A DNA stretch of 64,000 nucleotides from Alistipes sp. (GTDB lineage Bacteria > Bacteroidota > Bacteroidia > Bacteroidales > Rikenellaceae): assembly GCA_045629905.1 (NCBI GenBank), contig JAZQSA010000019.1, forward strand, positions 2,735 to 66,734, written 5' to 3'. Within the stretch, counting starts at the first letter, position 1. Each line of letters opens with the position of its first letter. Under the pieces are notes generated by a model that did not search any database, was not told the DNA's origin, and worked only from the letters and a program-made list of their open reading frames with translations. This document shows positions 41,512 to 51,857 of this stretch, piece by piece. Position numbers and translations under genes: made by a program.

Positions 41512-42564
41512 TTAGAGATTAACCTTCTTCAAGGTAAAGGCAAATGTACTACCCTCGCCAAGTTCGCTACGCACCGAAACGTGCTCGCCGTGACCCTCGA
41601 TGATATGCTTCACGATTGCCAGGCCAAGACCCGTACCGCCCTGCTCACGCGAACGCCCCTTATCGGTACGGTAGAATCGCTCGAACACTCGTGCAATATC
41701 GCTCTTGGCGATACCTGTTCCGTTATCTTCAACCTCTACCAAAATTTTCTCACCGAGGTCGCGACAAGTAATCTTTGTCTGGCCCGACTCCTTACCGTAA
41801 CGAATTGAGTTGATAACAAGGTTCTCCATAACCTGACCGATATAGAACTTGTCGGCCGAAACCCAGAAACGCGATGGCAAATTACCCGCATCCTTTACGA
41901 CCAGCGAAATGTTACGCTTCGAGGCCTCCAACTCACACTGCTCGGCAATCTCCTTTGCCAAAGCGACCATATCGAAACTCTCGGCGTGCATCTGGTTCAT
42001 ATCGTTCTCCAATCGAGCGATAGTATCGAGGTCGCGAATGATGTTTATCATACGGTCCACACTCTTCTCTGCTCGTTCGAGATATTTGCGGTTAATCATC
42101 TCGTCCTCCAAACCGCCATCAAGCAAGGTCGAGACATAGCCCTGAATATTGAAAATCGGAGTCTTCAACTCGTGGGCAACATTGCCAAGATATTGCTTGC
42201 GGAACTTCTCCAAGTCCTTCAATCGAGCAATCTCTTTATCGTTGTCATCGGCCCAAGCGCTCAACTCGTCCGAAATATTCTCCACACGCTTATCCTTCAA
42301 CTCGCCGACAATCTCGCCCGTATGAACATTGCGCGAGAATACGGTCGAATATATCGGGCGAAGTTTGTAGGCCACATATTTGACCATAATCCACAAAGCC
42401 AATAGCGATACCAGCACAAACACCGAGAGCGAAGCAATTAGGACAACCCACCACTGCGTCCATTCAGGTTTAAGCAACAACATAACACCGACACCGGCAA
42501 CACACGTCGCTGCAATTGCTCCAATCAGCCACGACGCACTCTCTTTCGTTTTAATGTATATCAT
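41512..42564 (-). CDS. Sensor histidine kinase (PhoR/RprX-like)
   Basis: NVAHELKTP, DNGTGI, FERFYR, GTGLGLAIVK; 2 TM segments. Confidence 0.92.
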   Translation of the reverse strand: MIYIKTKESASWLIGAIAATCVAGVGVMLLLKPEWTQWWVVLIASLSVFVLVSLLALWIMVKYVAYKLRPIYSTVFSRNVHTGEIVGELKDKRVENISDELSAWADDNDKEIARLKDLEKFRKQYLGNVAHELKTPIFNIQGYVSTLLDGGLEDEMINRKYLERAEKSVDRMINIIRDLDTIARLENDMNQMHAESFDMVALAKEIAEQCELEASKRNISLVVKDAGNLPSRFWVSADKFYIGQVMENLVINSIRYGKESGQTKITCRDLGEKILVEVEDNGTGIAKSDIARVFERFYRTDKGRSREQGGTGLGLAIVKHIIEGHGEHVSVRSELGEGSTFAFTLKKVNL

Positions 42565-42586
42565 AGCACTTTTAGGTTTATAATTT

Positions 42587-43210
42587 CTAATTCTTTATTA
42601 TCAGTTTAGCCTTGACAGCATACATCGCCAATATCATATTACGATATATCTCGACATCGTCATATTGCTCGGGGTCGGCAGCAACCAAGCGCAGCACCGC
42701 GTTATCGTTGGTACGACGCACCTTGCGCAGCACAACAAAACCACGACCCACAACCACATATTCGTTACCATAGGTCAAGGTCGCAGGGTCTATTCGCGTA
42801 AGGAACAATATCGTACCGCTCGGAATCGATGGCGCCATATCGTCACCATAGTAGCATATAGCGAGGTCGGCAGAGTTGATTTGAGGCACAAACATATACG
42901 ATTCAGGAACAAACTCCTCTACCTCTGTAATCTGCGACAAATCACAGTTGTAGAATGGAACCTGCATATCGGAGACCCCGTCGGAGAACATTGAGCCATA
43001 TCCCGTAAGCAACCATACCCGATTAACCTCCGGAAATTTAGCCACGATACGGTCCACCAAATTTGCCGATATTCCGTTATTGCCTCGCTTAATTTGATAC
43101 AACGCTTCACTGCGTGCAAGACCAATATGACGAGCAAATGAATTTACCGTCATACCCGACCGCTCTATCACGAGTCGCAATCTATCCCAGCACAGCAGAT
43201 TATTTGTCAT
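42587..43210 (-). CDS. XRE-type HTH plus degenerate S24 domain (CI/LexA-like) regulator
   Basis: MTVNSFARHIG HTH, WLLTGYGSM linker, GDDMAP in place of GDSMxP; start set at MTNNL. Confidence 0.75.
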   Translation of the reverse strand: MTNNLLCWDRLRLVIERSGMTVNSFARHIGLARSEALYQIKRGNNGISANLVDRIVAKFPEVNRVWLLTGYGSMFSDGVSDMQVPFYNCDLSQITEVEEFVPESYMFVPQINSADLAICYYGDDMAPSIPSGTILFLTRIDPATLTYGNEYVVVGRGFVVLRKVRRTNDNAVLRLVAADPEQYDDVEIYRNMILAMYAVKAKLIIKN

Positions 43211-43239
43211 ATAACATTTTTTTTGCATCTTTGCAGTGC

Positions 43240-43311
43240 GGTTCCGTAGTTCAATGGATAGAATATAAGATTCCGGTTCTTACGATAGCGGTTCGAATCC
43301 GCTCGGAATCA
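43240..43311 (+). tRNA. tRNA-Arg (anticodon CCG)
   Basis: GGTTCCG/CGGAATC acceptor stem; TAAGA-TTCCGGT-TCTTA anticodon arm; GGTTCGAATCC T-arm. Confidence 0.95.
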
Positions 43312-43320
43312 CAACTTTAC

Positions 43321-43352
43321 AAGGCTGTCAATTTCAAATGGCAGCCTTTTTT
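43321..43352 (+). terminator. Terminator after the tRNA
   Basis: AAGGCTGTCA/TGGCAGCCTT then a T run. Confidence 0.75.
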
Positions 43353-43558
43353 CTACCCCTCCATTGCCGAAAACCCAGCAAGAGTGCAACGTTGCCATTG
43401 TATTCAAATAGCAAATATACAAAAAATTTTGAAAAACCACACCAATATATAAAGCAAATCGCACCTTACACGATACAATAAAGTTTTATGGCAGAATTTA
43501 GAGATAACATTTTGATTTTTGGTTTGCTCCGATTAACTTTGCAATAAATTAGTGAATA

Positions 43559-44572
43559 ATGTCAGTAAGCAGAGATATACGCAACATCGAAAGCGATAGC
43601 GAATTTGAAAACCGCATCCGCCCCCAAGAGCTCGACACCTTCTCGGGTCAAGACAAGACCGTCGATAATCTGCGAGTATTTATCAAGGCGGCGCTGATGC
43701 GTGGCGACTCGCTCGACCACGTGCTATTGCACGGCCCTCCGGGTCTTGGCAAGACGACTCTTGCCAACATCATCGCCAACGAAATGGGTGCGCAGATGAA
43801 AGTTACATCGGGTCCTGTACTCGACAAACCTGGCGACTTGGCGGGATTATTGACCAATTTATCGGCCGGTGACGTTTTGTTTATCGACGAGATACACCGA
43901 CTCAGCCCTATCGTTGAGGAGTATCTCTATTCGGCTATGGAGGATTTCAAAATCGACATTGTCCTCGATAAAGGCCCATCGGCTCGCTCGATTCAAATCG
44001 AGCTTGCACCATTTACTCTGATTGGTGCTACGACCCGTAGTGGTCTGCTCACTTCGCCACTTCGCGCTCGTTTTGGCATCACCTGCCACCTCGAATACTA
44101 CGACGCTTCGGTACTCAACCGCATAGTCAAGCGTTCGGCTTCGATTCTCGGCATCTCGATTGACGACGATGCTGCGACCGAACTCGCTCTGCGTTCGCGT
44201 GGCACCCCACGTATCGCAAACGCTCTGCTACGACGTGTGCGCGACTTTGCAATGGTCAAAGGTGAAGGCCATATCGACCTCACAATCACGCGCATAGCAC
44301 TCGATGCACTCAACATCGACTCGCGCGGTCTCGATAGTATGGACAACAAGATTCTATCGACGATAATCGCCAAATTCAATGGCGGTCCGGTCGGCCTTAA
44401 CACCATAGCTACGGCCGTCAGCGAAGAGGCAGGAACTCTCGAAGAGGTCTATGAGCCTTTCCTTATCAAAGAGGGCTTTTTGAAACGCACTCCTCGCGGT
44501 CGTGAGGTTACGGAGTTGGCATACCGCCACCTCGGACTTATGCCCGAAGGTCGCGACGGAGAGTTGTTTTAG
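43559..44572 (+). CDS. ruvB: Holliday junction branch migration helicase
   Basis: [32 protein letters not shown]. Confidence 0.98.
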   Translation: MSVSRDIRNIESDSEFENRIRPQELDTFSGQDKTVDNLRVFIKAALMRGDSLDHVLLHGPPGLGKTTLANIIANEMGAQMKVTSGPVLDKPGDLAGLLTNLSAGDVLFIDEIHRLSPIVEEYLYSAMEDFKIDIVLDKGPSARSIQIELAPFTLIGATTRSGLLTSPLRARFGITCHLEYYDASVLNRIVKRSASILGISIDDDAATELALRSRGTPRIANALLRRVRDFAMVKGEGHIDLTITRIALDALNIDSRGLDSMDNKILSTIIAKFNGGPVGLNTIATAVSEEAGTLEEVYEPFLIKEGFLKRTPRGREVTELAYRHLGLMPEGRDGELF

Positions 44573-44592
44573 GGCGATTAAGTGATAAAGAG

Positions 44593-44618
44593 AAAGCGTG
44601 CAAAATGCACGCTTTTTT
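44593..44618. terminator. Terminator between convergent ruvB and porX
   Basis: AAAGCGTGCA-AAA-TGCACGCTTTTTT. Confidence 0.78.
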
Positions 44619-44679
44619 GTTAGTAACATCACACATCGCTCGGTAAAAGTTGCGCTTTTCAGAGATGCTATTACCGCCC

Positions 44680-44820
44680 GAGGTTGATTAGAAAGAGGCT
44701 ATTTCCAGGCTTGGGAGGTAAGGCGAAGCAGGAGCATACTTGGCGTATGTGACTGTTTCGACTTGCCGACCGTAACGAAGAAATAGCCCTTTATAATCGA
44801 CCTCCTAAAATCGATTTTTA
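44680..44820 (+). repeat. Rod hairpin element, copy G (44680-44804), plus an end-like 16-mer overlapping the porX stop
   Basis: GAGGTTGATTAGAAAGAGGCTATTTC/GAAATAGCCCTTTATAATCGACCTC; GAGCATAC-TTGGC-GTATGTGAC apex; then CTAAAATCGATTTTTA. Confidence 0.83.
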
Positions 44821-46368
44821 TCTTTTTGGTTGCAAGACTATATACGGCACAATCATCTCCTCCATCGATATACCTCCGTGCTGGAATGTATCGCGATAGT
44901 AGCGTATGTGACGATTGGCATCGTTGTTATAGACCAAGAAGTCGTGGTTATATGCAAAGATATAGCTCGATGAGAGGTTACCCGATGGCAACTGTATCTC
45001 CTCGGGCTTGGTAATCTCGAACACTTCGCGATGGTTGTAGGCCAAATTGCGACCTGTCTTATAACGCAGATTTACAGACGTTTCGCGGTCGCCCTGCACA
45101 CGGATAGGATTATCGACACGCACAGTACCGTGGTCGGAGGTTATGATGACCGTATGGCCTCGCTCCGACAACATCTTCAACAATGTAAATAGGTCGGAGT
45201 GTTCGAACCACGAACGCGTGAGCGAACGGAACGAAGCATCGTCCTCGGTTAGTTGGCGGATTATGTCGGTCTCGGTACGAGCGTGCGACAGAATATCGAG
45301 AAAATTATAGATGATAACCGAGAAATCGGCATCGTAGACGTGGCGGATATTGTCGATAAGTTTGCGACCTGCATCGGCACGCACAAGCTTATCGAACGAC
45401 AATTTATAGCGACGTCCCGTCTGTTCAAGCAGACGACGCAGAAAGTCCTCCTCGTATTGATTTTTGCCACCTTCCTCGTTGTCATTCAACCACTTCGACG
45501 GCATCAGCTTGTCGATAGCAAGCGGCATCAAACCTGCAAAAATCGAGTTTCGAGCATACTGCGTAGCCGTCGGCAAGATGGAGCAATAAAAATCATCGAC
45601 AGCCACATCGAAATAACCTCGCAACATACCGCTAATGACACGCCACTGGTCGTAGCGGAAGTTGTCGATAAGCAGCAGCGTAGTCTTTGGATTGACCTCT
45701 ACGACAGGGAATATTTTTGAACGCATCAACGTATGCGACATTGTAGGACGCTCTTCGTCGCGCTGATTTATCCAATCCTTATAATTGCGACAGACAAAAC
45801 GGCAAAACTCCTGATTTGCCTCATTTTTTTGGTACTGCAACACCTCTTTGATACTCTCGTCGCTCGACGACGAAAGTTCGATATCCCACGCCACGAGTTT
45901 GCGGTAGATATTACCCCACTGCGCAAAGGTCGAAGCGGCTTGAACCATCTGTGTTATACGGCCAAACTCGGAACGATAATCGGCCGTAGTTTGCTCGGTA
46001 ACAAGTTGTTGCGAGTGAACGTGCTTTTTAATAAGCAGCAGCATCTGGCTCGGATTCACGGGTTTAATGATATAGTCGGCAATCTTCGAGCCGATAGCCT
46101 TATCCATAATATCCTCTTCCTCGCTCTTGGTAACCATTATGACGGGAGTTGTAGGACGCACGTCTTTGATTAAAGGCAAAGTCTCGAGGCCCGTCATACC
46201 CGGCATCATCTCGTCGAGAATAATGACATCGTATGCCGTCTCGGTTGCCATATCTATCGCATCGTAACCATTGTTACAAGTATCGACTTCGTAGCCCTTT
46301 GACTGCAATGTAAGGATATGAGGTTTAAGGAGTTCTATCTCGTCATCAACCCAAAGAATCTTTACCAT
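44818..46368 (-). CDS. porX: PorX-family response regulator with PglZ/alkaline-phosphatase domain
   Basis: ILWVDDEIELLKPH, SILPTATQYARN, TSDHG, FQHGGISMEEM. Confidence 0.9.
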   Translation of the reverse strand: MVKILWVDDEIELLKPHILTLQSKGYEVDTCNNGYDAIDMATETAYDVIILDEMMPGMTGLETLPLIKDVRPTTPVIMVTKSEEEDIMDKAIGSKIADYIIKPVNPSQMLLLIKKHVHSQQLVTEQTTADYRSEFGRITQMVQAASTFAQWGNIYRKLVAWDIELSSSSDESIKEVLQYQKNEANQEFCRFVCRNYKDWINQRDEERPTMSHTLMRSKIFPVVEVNPKTTLLLIDNFRYDQWRVISGMLRGYFDVAVDDFYCSILPTATQYARNSIFAGLMPLAIDKLMPSKWLNDNEEGGKNQYEEDFLRRLLEQTGRRYKLSFDKLVRADAGRKLIDNIRHVYDADFSVIIYNFLDILSHARTETDIIRQLTEDDASFRSLTRSWFEHSDLFTLLKMLSERGHTVIITSDHGTVRVDNPIRVQGDRETSVNLRYKTGRNLAYNHREVFEITKPEEIQLPSGNLSSSYIFAYNHDFLVYNNDANRHIRYYRDTFQHGGISMEEMIVPYIVLQPKR

Positions 46369-46371
46369 AAC

Positions 46372-46992
46372 TTACTCTTGTTTACTTTTTATCAATTCTT
46401 CACGAGCCTTCATAACATCGCAAATCGTCGGATATGTCGATGCCATATTCTCGGCAAGTTGCGTAGCATCACACCACGCAACGCGCTCAATGCCTTCGTC
46501 GCTTTGTGGCAGTAGTTCGCACCGTTGGTCAATAGTCAAAGCGAACCATTGTGTCGATTTCAACTCCCACGCTCCATAAACGTTATATGTATGCCAAGTA
46601 TTGCATAGTTTCTCTACAATTTTTGCGCCCGACACGCCTGTCTCCTCGGCAATCTCGCGCACAGCACACTCCTCGGCGCTCTCGCCCCAGTCGATATGGC
46701 CCTTCGGCAAATCCCAACGGCCTCGGCGATATATCATCAGCACCTCGCCCGATGGCAAACTTACAACACCGCCCGCAGCCTCCACAATCTTAAACTCGGC
46801 AGAAAAACGCTCAAAAGCCTCCTCGACAGAGTGACAACGCACTACAATACGGTTGGTTGTTTCAAAAATTTTAACTATTTTCGCCCTTGAAAGGTCGATT
46901 TCCGACAATAACACATCGCCCTCCGACAGTTGGCTCTCGGCCTCGTCGGTCAGCAACAAGATGCGGTCGGTAAAGTATATGGTCGTCCTCAT
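46372..46992 (-). CDS. NUDIX hydrolase
   Basis: [27 protein letters not shown] Nudix box; start set at MRTT. Confidence 0.9.
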   Translation of the reverse strand: MRTTIYFTDRILLLTDEAESQLSEGDVLLSEIDLSRAKIVKIFETTNRIVVRCHSVEEAFERFSAEFKIVEAAGGVVSLPSGEVLMIYRRGRWDLPKGHIDWGESAEECAVREIAEETGVSGAKIVEKLCNTWHTYNVYGAWELKSTQWFALTIDQRCELLPQSDEGIERVAWCDATQLAENMASTYPTICDVMKAREELIKSKQE

Positions 46993-47039
46993 AATATCGG
47001 TTTCGATATGCAAATTTAGTAAATTATTCGATAAACGAG

Positions 47040-49145
47040 ATGAAAAAAGTTATTCTGTTTATGGCTGTATCAGCATTGAGTTTGGCCGGCTGCTCAAAAT
47101 CGCCCGAGCCTCTCACTATCGACAACGCGCTCACAACCGAAGAGATTGCGGCGGCTCGTCTTACGCCCGAAGTTATGTGGAAGATGGGGCGCATTGGCGC
47201 ACACACCCTATCGCCCGATGGCGAAACCCTACTCTACACCCTCACCCGCTACAATATGGCGGAAAATCGAGGTGTTACAATCATCGTAAGTCGCAACGTC
47301 ACGACAGGCGAGGAGCGCTACCTCACCGACACCTCATCGAACTCGCTTTCGCCCGTTTGGAGTGCCGACGGAAAGGCGATTTGGTTTGCTTCAAATCGCA
47401 GTGGCGATATGCAGTTGTGGAAGATGATGGCCGACGGCTCGCAACCCGAGCAAATATCAAGCATTGAGGGAGGCATCGAGGGCTTTGGTATTGCACCAGA
47501 CGAGGGGCATATATACTACACTCAATACGTTCACGCCAAGGAGATCAATTCGGCTGATGTTCACAAAGATATGGACAAGTCGAAGGCTCGCATCTACGAC
47601 GATTTGATGGTGCGACATTGGGACTATTGGGATAGCGGCAAATATCTCCATATCTTCGTTGCCGACCTTAACGAAAATGGAGTCGGAGAGGGCAACGACA
47701 TCATCGGCAAAGATGCTGCGTGGGACGCTCCGCTTGCACCATATTTCGACCACGCCGAGATTGCTTGGAGTCCCGACGGCAAACAACTCGCCTACACCTG
47801 CAAGCCATTGACAGGGGCAGAGTATGCCGTACCGACCGACTCGGACATATTTATCTACAACCTCGAAAGTGGCCAGACCCGCAACATCTGTAAGGGCAAC
47901 AAGGAGTTTGCCTTCGTAGGTTACGACAAATATCCTGTATGGTCACCCGACGGCTCAAAGCTCGCCTTCCGTTCGCAGCGTCGAGCAGGCAACGAGGCCG
48001 ACAAAGAGCGACTTATGGTTTGCGACCTAACGTCGGGCAACGTGAAATATTTGACAAAAAACTTCGACTACCACGCTACAAATGTCGTATGGGAGGGCGA
48101 GGAGAAGATATATTTCATCGCCCCGATTGAGGCTACCCACCAGATTTGCTCGGTCAATAGCGATGGCACAAGCGAGGTCGAGGTTTTGACAACAGGCGAC
48201 CACGACATCAACTCTTTCGAGATTCGTGGAGGTCGCTGCATCGGCTCCGTTATGACAATTTCTATGGCTCCCGAAATCTTCACTTTCGACCTTCAAAAAG
48301 GCACGATGAGCCAACTCACAAACGTCAATAAGGCTATTTACGACAATATCGAGATGGGGCAGGTACAGAAGCGTTGGGTTAAGACTACCGACGGCAAGCA
48401 GATGCTTACTTGGGTAATTCTTCCACCCGACTTCGACCCTGCGAAAAAATATCCGACCCTGCTCTATTGTCAAGGCGGTCCGCAGAGTGTCGTTTCGCAA
48501 TTTTGGAGCTATCGCTGGAATTTCCAACTGATGGCCGCACAAGGCTATATTGTCGTTGCCCCTAACCGCCGAGGATTACCTTCGTTCGGCCAAGAGTGGC
48601 TCGACCAAATTTCGGGCGACTACTCGGGTCAGAATATCCGCGACTATCTGTCGGCTATCGACGATGTTGCCAAAGAGCCGTGGTGCGACCGCGAGCGACT
48701 TGGTTGTGTGGGTGCTTCGTATGGCGGCTACTCAACCTTCTATCTTGCTGGCCATCACGAGAAGCGATTTAAGGCCTTTATTGCCCACTGCGGAATATTC
48801 AATTTCGAGTCGATGTATGGCGAAACAGAGGAGCTGTTCTTCCTCAACAACGACTATGGCGGCTCATATTGGGACTCGAAGAATAAGACCGCGATGCGCT
48901 CCTATGCCAATTCGCCACACAAGGCTGTCGCAGAGTGGGATACGCCTATTCTCATCATCACAGGCGAGCGCGACTACCGCATACCTTACACCCAATCGCT
49001 CCAAGCATTCACCGCAGCCCGTATGCGTGGCATACCTGCTCGATTGGTATCGTTTGAGGACGAGGCTCACCAAGTATTCAAACCACAAAATTCGCTCGTT
49101 TGGAATCGCGAATTTTTCGCTTGGCTCGACAAGTACTTGAAGTAG
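47040..49145 (+). CDS. S9 family (DPP5-like) serine peptidase, lipoprotein
   Basis: Propeller repeats SPDG; GASYGG; GERDYRI; DEAH; lipobox LAGC. Confidence 0.92.
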   Translation: MKKVILFMAVSALSLAGCSKSPEPLTIDNALTTEEIAAARLTPEVMWKMGRIGAHTLSPDGETLLYTLTRYNMAENRGVTIIVSRNVTTGEERYLTDTSSNSLSPVWSADGKAIWFASNRSGDMQLWKMMADGSQPEQISSIEGGIEGFGIAPDEGHIYYTQYVHAKEINSADVHKDMDKSKARIYDDLMVRHWDYWDSGKYLHIFVADLNENGVGEGNDIIGKDAAWDAPLAPYFDHAEIAWSPDGKQLAYTCKPLTGAEYAVPTDSDIFIYNLESGQTRNICKGNKEFAFVGYDKYPVWSPDGSKLAFRSQRRAGNEADKERLMVCDLTSGNVKYLTKNFDYHATNVVWEGEEKIYFIAPIEATHQICSVNSDGTSEVEVLTTGDHDINSFEIRGGRCIGSVMTISMAPEIFTFDLQKGTMSQLTNVNKAIYDNIEMGQVQKRWVKTTDGKQMLTWVILPPDFDPAKKYPTLLYCQGGPQSVVSQFWSYRWNFQLMAAQGYIVVAPNRRGLPSFGQEWLDQISGDYSGQNIRDYLSAIDDVAKEPWCDRERLGCVGASYGGYSTFYLAGHHEKRFKAFIAHCGIFNFESMYGETEELFFLNNDYGGSYWDSKNKTAMRSYANSPHKAVAEWDTPILIITGERDYRIPYTQSLQAFTAARMRGIPARLVSFEDEAHQVFKPQNSLVWNREFFAWLDKYLK

Positions 49146-49174
49146 TTTTTCGCCCGAGATTACAACTTTTTGAC

Positions 49175-49213
49175 AACGCCATCTTCCAAATCAAACAGGG
49201 AAGATGGCGTTTT
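49175..49213 (+). terminator. Intrinsic terminator
   Basis: AACGCCATCTTCC/GGAAGATGGCGTTTT. Confidence 0.75.
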
Positions 49214-49292
49214 CGTGATTAAAAACCGCCGATTCGTTGAATTTATTTTTCTAATCGCGCACTATGTCCTATTTTTGTCGCGCATTATATAT

Positions 49293-51035
49293 ATGAATAT
49301 GAAGAGAAAAATATTTTCACTTGTAGTGTTCTGCTGCATCGCATTGATTTCGTGTAATAAGCACGAAGTTGAATCCCTACAAAACAGCACTAACAAGATA
49401 GAGGTTTCGATTGCACAATCGGCAACTATCAACTCGCGCACTACAATCACCGACAACAACGGTTCGGCCATTTGGGTCGCAGGCGACAAAATTGCGCTCT
49501 GGGCCAAAGATGCCGAGGGCAATTTCGCACTCGAAGCCGAAACCTTCTCGCTTTATCGTTTTCTGCAATCGTTTTCGAGAGCCGTATTCTCGGCCTACAT
49601 CGACCCGATGGCAGAGGGCGAATACACCTACTACGCCACCCACCCGACTCCGACTTCACACGACGGAACAACCGCAACTTTCGCGATTCCTTCGGAGCAG
49701 GACGGTAGCGCCTTTGTAGGCAGTTGCGATATTATGGTGGCAGACCCAATAGTAGCTGGCGCACTCGAAGGCAACCAAATCGAGAATGTCAATTTCCGCT
49801 TTGCACACAAGATGCACGCCTTGAAAATCAAGATTCCGGCAGGTTGCAATTTGATGGAGATGCCTATCACCCGTCTTGAATTTACATTCCCCAACAATGT
49901 GGTTGGCGACGTCACTGTCGATGTTACCGACCCAACTGCACCAACCACCCTTACAAACGGTTCGCGCAAACTCAACATCAACATTGCCGACGGAGCCGAA
50001 GAGGGCGAGACTATTTGGGCAATGATATATCCAAGCGAAATCGCTGGCGATATTACATACACAGCCTACTCGGGCCAATTCAAATCCTTTGAGCATAAGA
50101 TTACGTTGGACAAAAACGTCGAGGCTGCTCACGTTACGCCAATGTCGATTATTATCCCTGACATCTATCGACTCACAACCATATCGTTCTATATCGAGAG
50201 TAATCTGCTTGGCGAGCCGATTAACAAAGTTACCATTTTGGACCAGAATGGCGCTTCGGTTGTTACGAACACAACCTATAACGATGCTAACGGTATGTTC
50301 GAGGTCTCGACGCTCGGCACGTTTGACGACGCTCCATTCTCGAACAAGACCCTTACAGCCTGCTTCGAGAGTGAGCACGCAAAGGTTTATAGCAAGTTCA
50401 ACACCTCGAAAGTTACACCTTATGCGCAGACTTTCATTCCGCTGAATGTTCCATACCTATTCTTCGAGGATTTCAGTAGCGTTCCAAACATCTCGTCGCA
50501 CGACACATACGGCAAAAACGATTCCGATGCCGGAAGCAAAGATGCTGTATCGTTCTGCAATGGTTGGACCGGAGGTCGAATGGGTGCAAGCGCCGGCAAG
50601 TCGGTTCGTTTGGCTGCACGTCGCGAGACCACAGCCCGTTACCCTTCGCGTATTGACTCTGCACCATTGAGCGGCATCACCAAGGCTACCAAAGTAAAGG
50701 TCTTCTTCAACTATGGTATGAACCGTAGCGAGGGTGGTATATACATCACACCTCCTGGACTCGGTCTGACCTGCTACTTTGGATACGTCACCAGCCCAAC
50801 CGCCTATAAGAGTGGCGATGAGACAGGTACATTTGCCGGAGGCGACAACACCTTCTCGCTCAACTCGGCAAGTGCAACATACGACCTCATCAACGAGAGC
50901 AAACTCCTATACCTCAACAACTGCACAAATGCAACACGTTTGACTTGGCGAGTAATCTCGGACAGCAAGAGTGACCTGTCGAATGGTACATACTACCTCT
51001 ATCTCGACAATGTAATCGTACAGATTGCCCAATAA
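49293..51035 (+). CDS. Fimbrillin-like lipoprotein
   Basis: Lipobox LISC; SRT...WVAGDKIALW fimbrillin-type N-terminus; YYATHP; start set at MNMKRK. Confidence 0.65.
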   Translation: MNMKRKIFSLVVFCCIALISCNKHEVESLQNSTNKIEVSIAQSATINSRTTITDNNGSAIWVAGDKIALWAKDAEGNFALEAETFSLYRFLQSFSRAVFSAYIDPMAEGEYTYYATHPTPTSHDGTTATFAIPSEQDGSAFVGSCDIMVADPIVAGALEGNQIENVNFRFAHKMHALKIKIPAGCNLMEMPITRLEFTFPNNVVGDVTVDVTDPTAPTTLTNGSRKLNINIADGAEEGETIWAMIYPSEIAGDITYTAYSGQFKSFEHKITLDKNVEAAHVTPMSIIIPDIYRLTTISFYIESNLLGEPINKVTILDQNGASVVTNTTYNDANGMFEVSTLGTFDDAPFSNKTLTACFESEHAKVYSKFNTSKVTPYAQTFIPLNVPYLFFEDFSSVPNISSHDTYGKNDSDAGSKDAVSFCNGWTGGRMGASAGKSVRLAARRETTARYPSRIDSAPLSGITKATKVKVFFNYGMNRSEGGIYITPPGLGLTCYFGYVTSPTAYKSGDETGTFAGGDNTFSLNSASATYDLINESKLLYLNNCTNATRLTWRVISDSKSDLSNGTYYLYLDNVIVQIAQ

Positions 51036-51071
51036 CGAAATAAGTAAAACTATAAAAAAAATAAAAACACA

Positions 51072-51836
51072 ATGAAAAAGTTATTAGCATTTGCAAGTGC
51101 CGCACTTCTGATGGTCGGCTGTCACGATGACAGCTCGATTGAGACCATCGCAGGAGAGGGTGCTATGAAAATCTGCGCAACGGCTTCGGGCGAAGTTATC
51201 ACCAAAGCCGGCGAAGAGAGCGGTGTGATGGTCGATGTACCACAAATCGCCGATTTTGCGCTGAAAATCACCGGCAACAATTTCGAGAAGAGTTGGGAGA
51301 GCGTAAGCGACTACGACTTCGAGAGCGAGCGTTATACCGCCGGTAAATACAACGTCAGCATCGAGTATGGCGACGCCACAGCCGAAGGCTACAACGTGCC
51401 ATATTTCTATGCTTTGCAGGAGGTCGAAGTTCTTGACCGCAACCGTACCACCAATGTCGAGTTGGTGGCAACCGTCGGCAACGCTATTATCGAGGTTGTG
51501 ACGACCGAGAATTTCCGTGGTTATTTCCCACAGCACAAATTCACTATGACAACCGCCAGCAACACCTTCGAATTGAAGGAGAATGACGACGAGTTGCTCT
51601 TCGTCGCACCGCAGGAGAATGTTGCTATCGATTGCACCTGTATCCGTCAGTCAAATCTCGCTTCGGGCAAGGAGGAGACTCTTGCAACTCAATATATCCC
51701 GACAGTCAAAGCCCGCACGCGCTACATCGTAACTTACGACCTGCGCTCGGCCGGCAACGTAACCATCACCGTAACACTCAACGAGACTATTATCGACACG
51801 TTTGAGGTTGAGGTTGAACTTAACGAGAATGCTTAA
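51072..51836 (+). CDS. DUF4493-like lipoprotein
   Basis: Lipobox MVGC, TKA, EGYNVPYF motif. Confidence 0.6.
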   Translation: MKKLLAFASAALLMVGCHDDSSIETIAGEGAMKICATASGEVITKAGEESGVMVDVPQIADFALKITGNNFEKSWESVSDYDFESERYTAGKYNVSIEYGDATAEGYNVPYFYALQEVEVLDRNRTTNVELVATVGNAIIEVVTTENFRGYFPQHKFTMTTASNTFELKENDDELLFVAPQENVAIDCTCIRQSNLASGKEETLATQYIPTVKARTRYIVTYDLRSAGNVTITVTLNETIIDTFEVEVELNENA

Positions 51837-51857
51837 TCGAATAATACAGAACACGAT

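Noticed and set aside
43240-43560. Prophage or island integrated at tRNA-Arg
   Set aside because: No integrase, no duplicated tRNA 3' end seen, and core ruvB follows directly.
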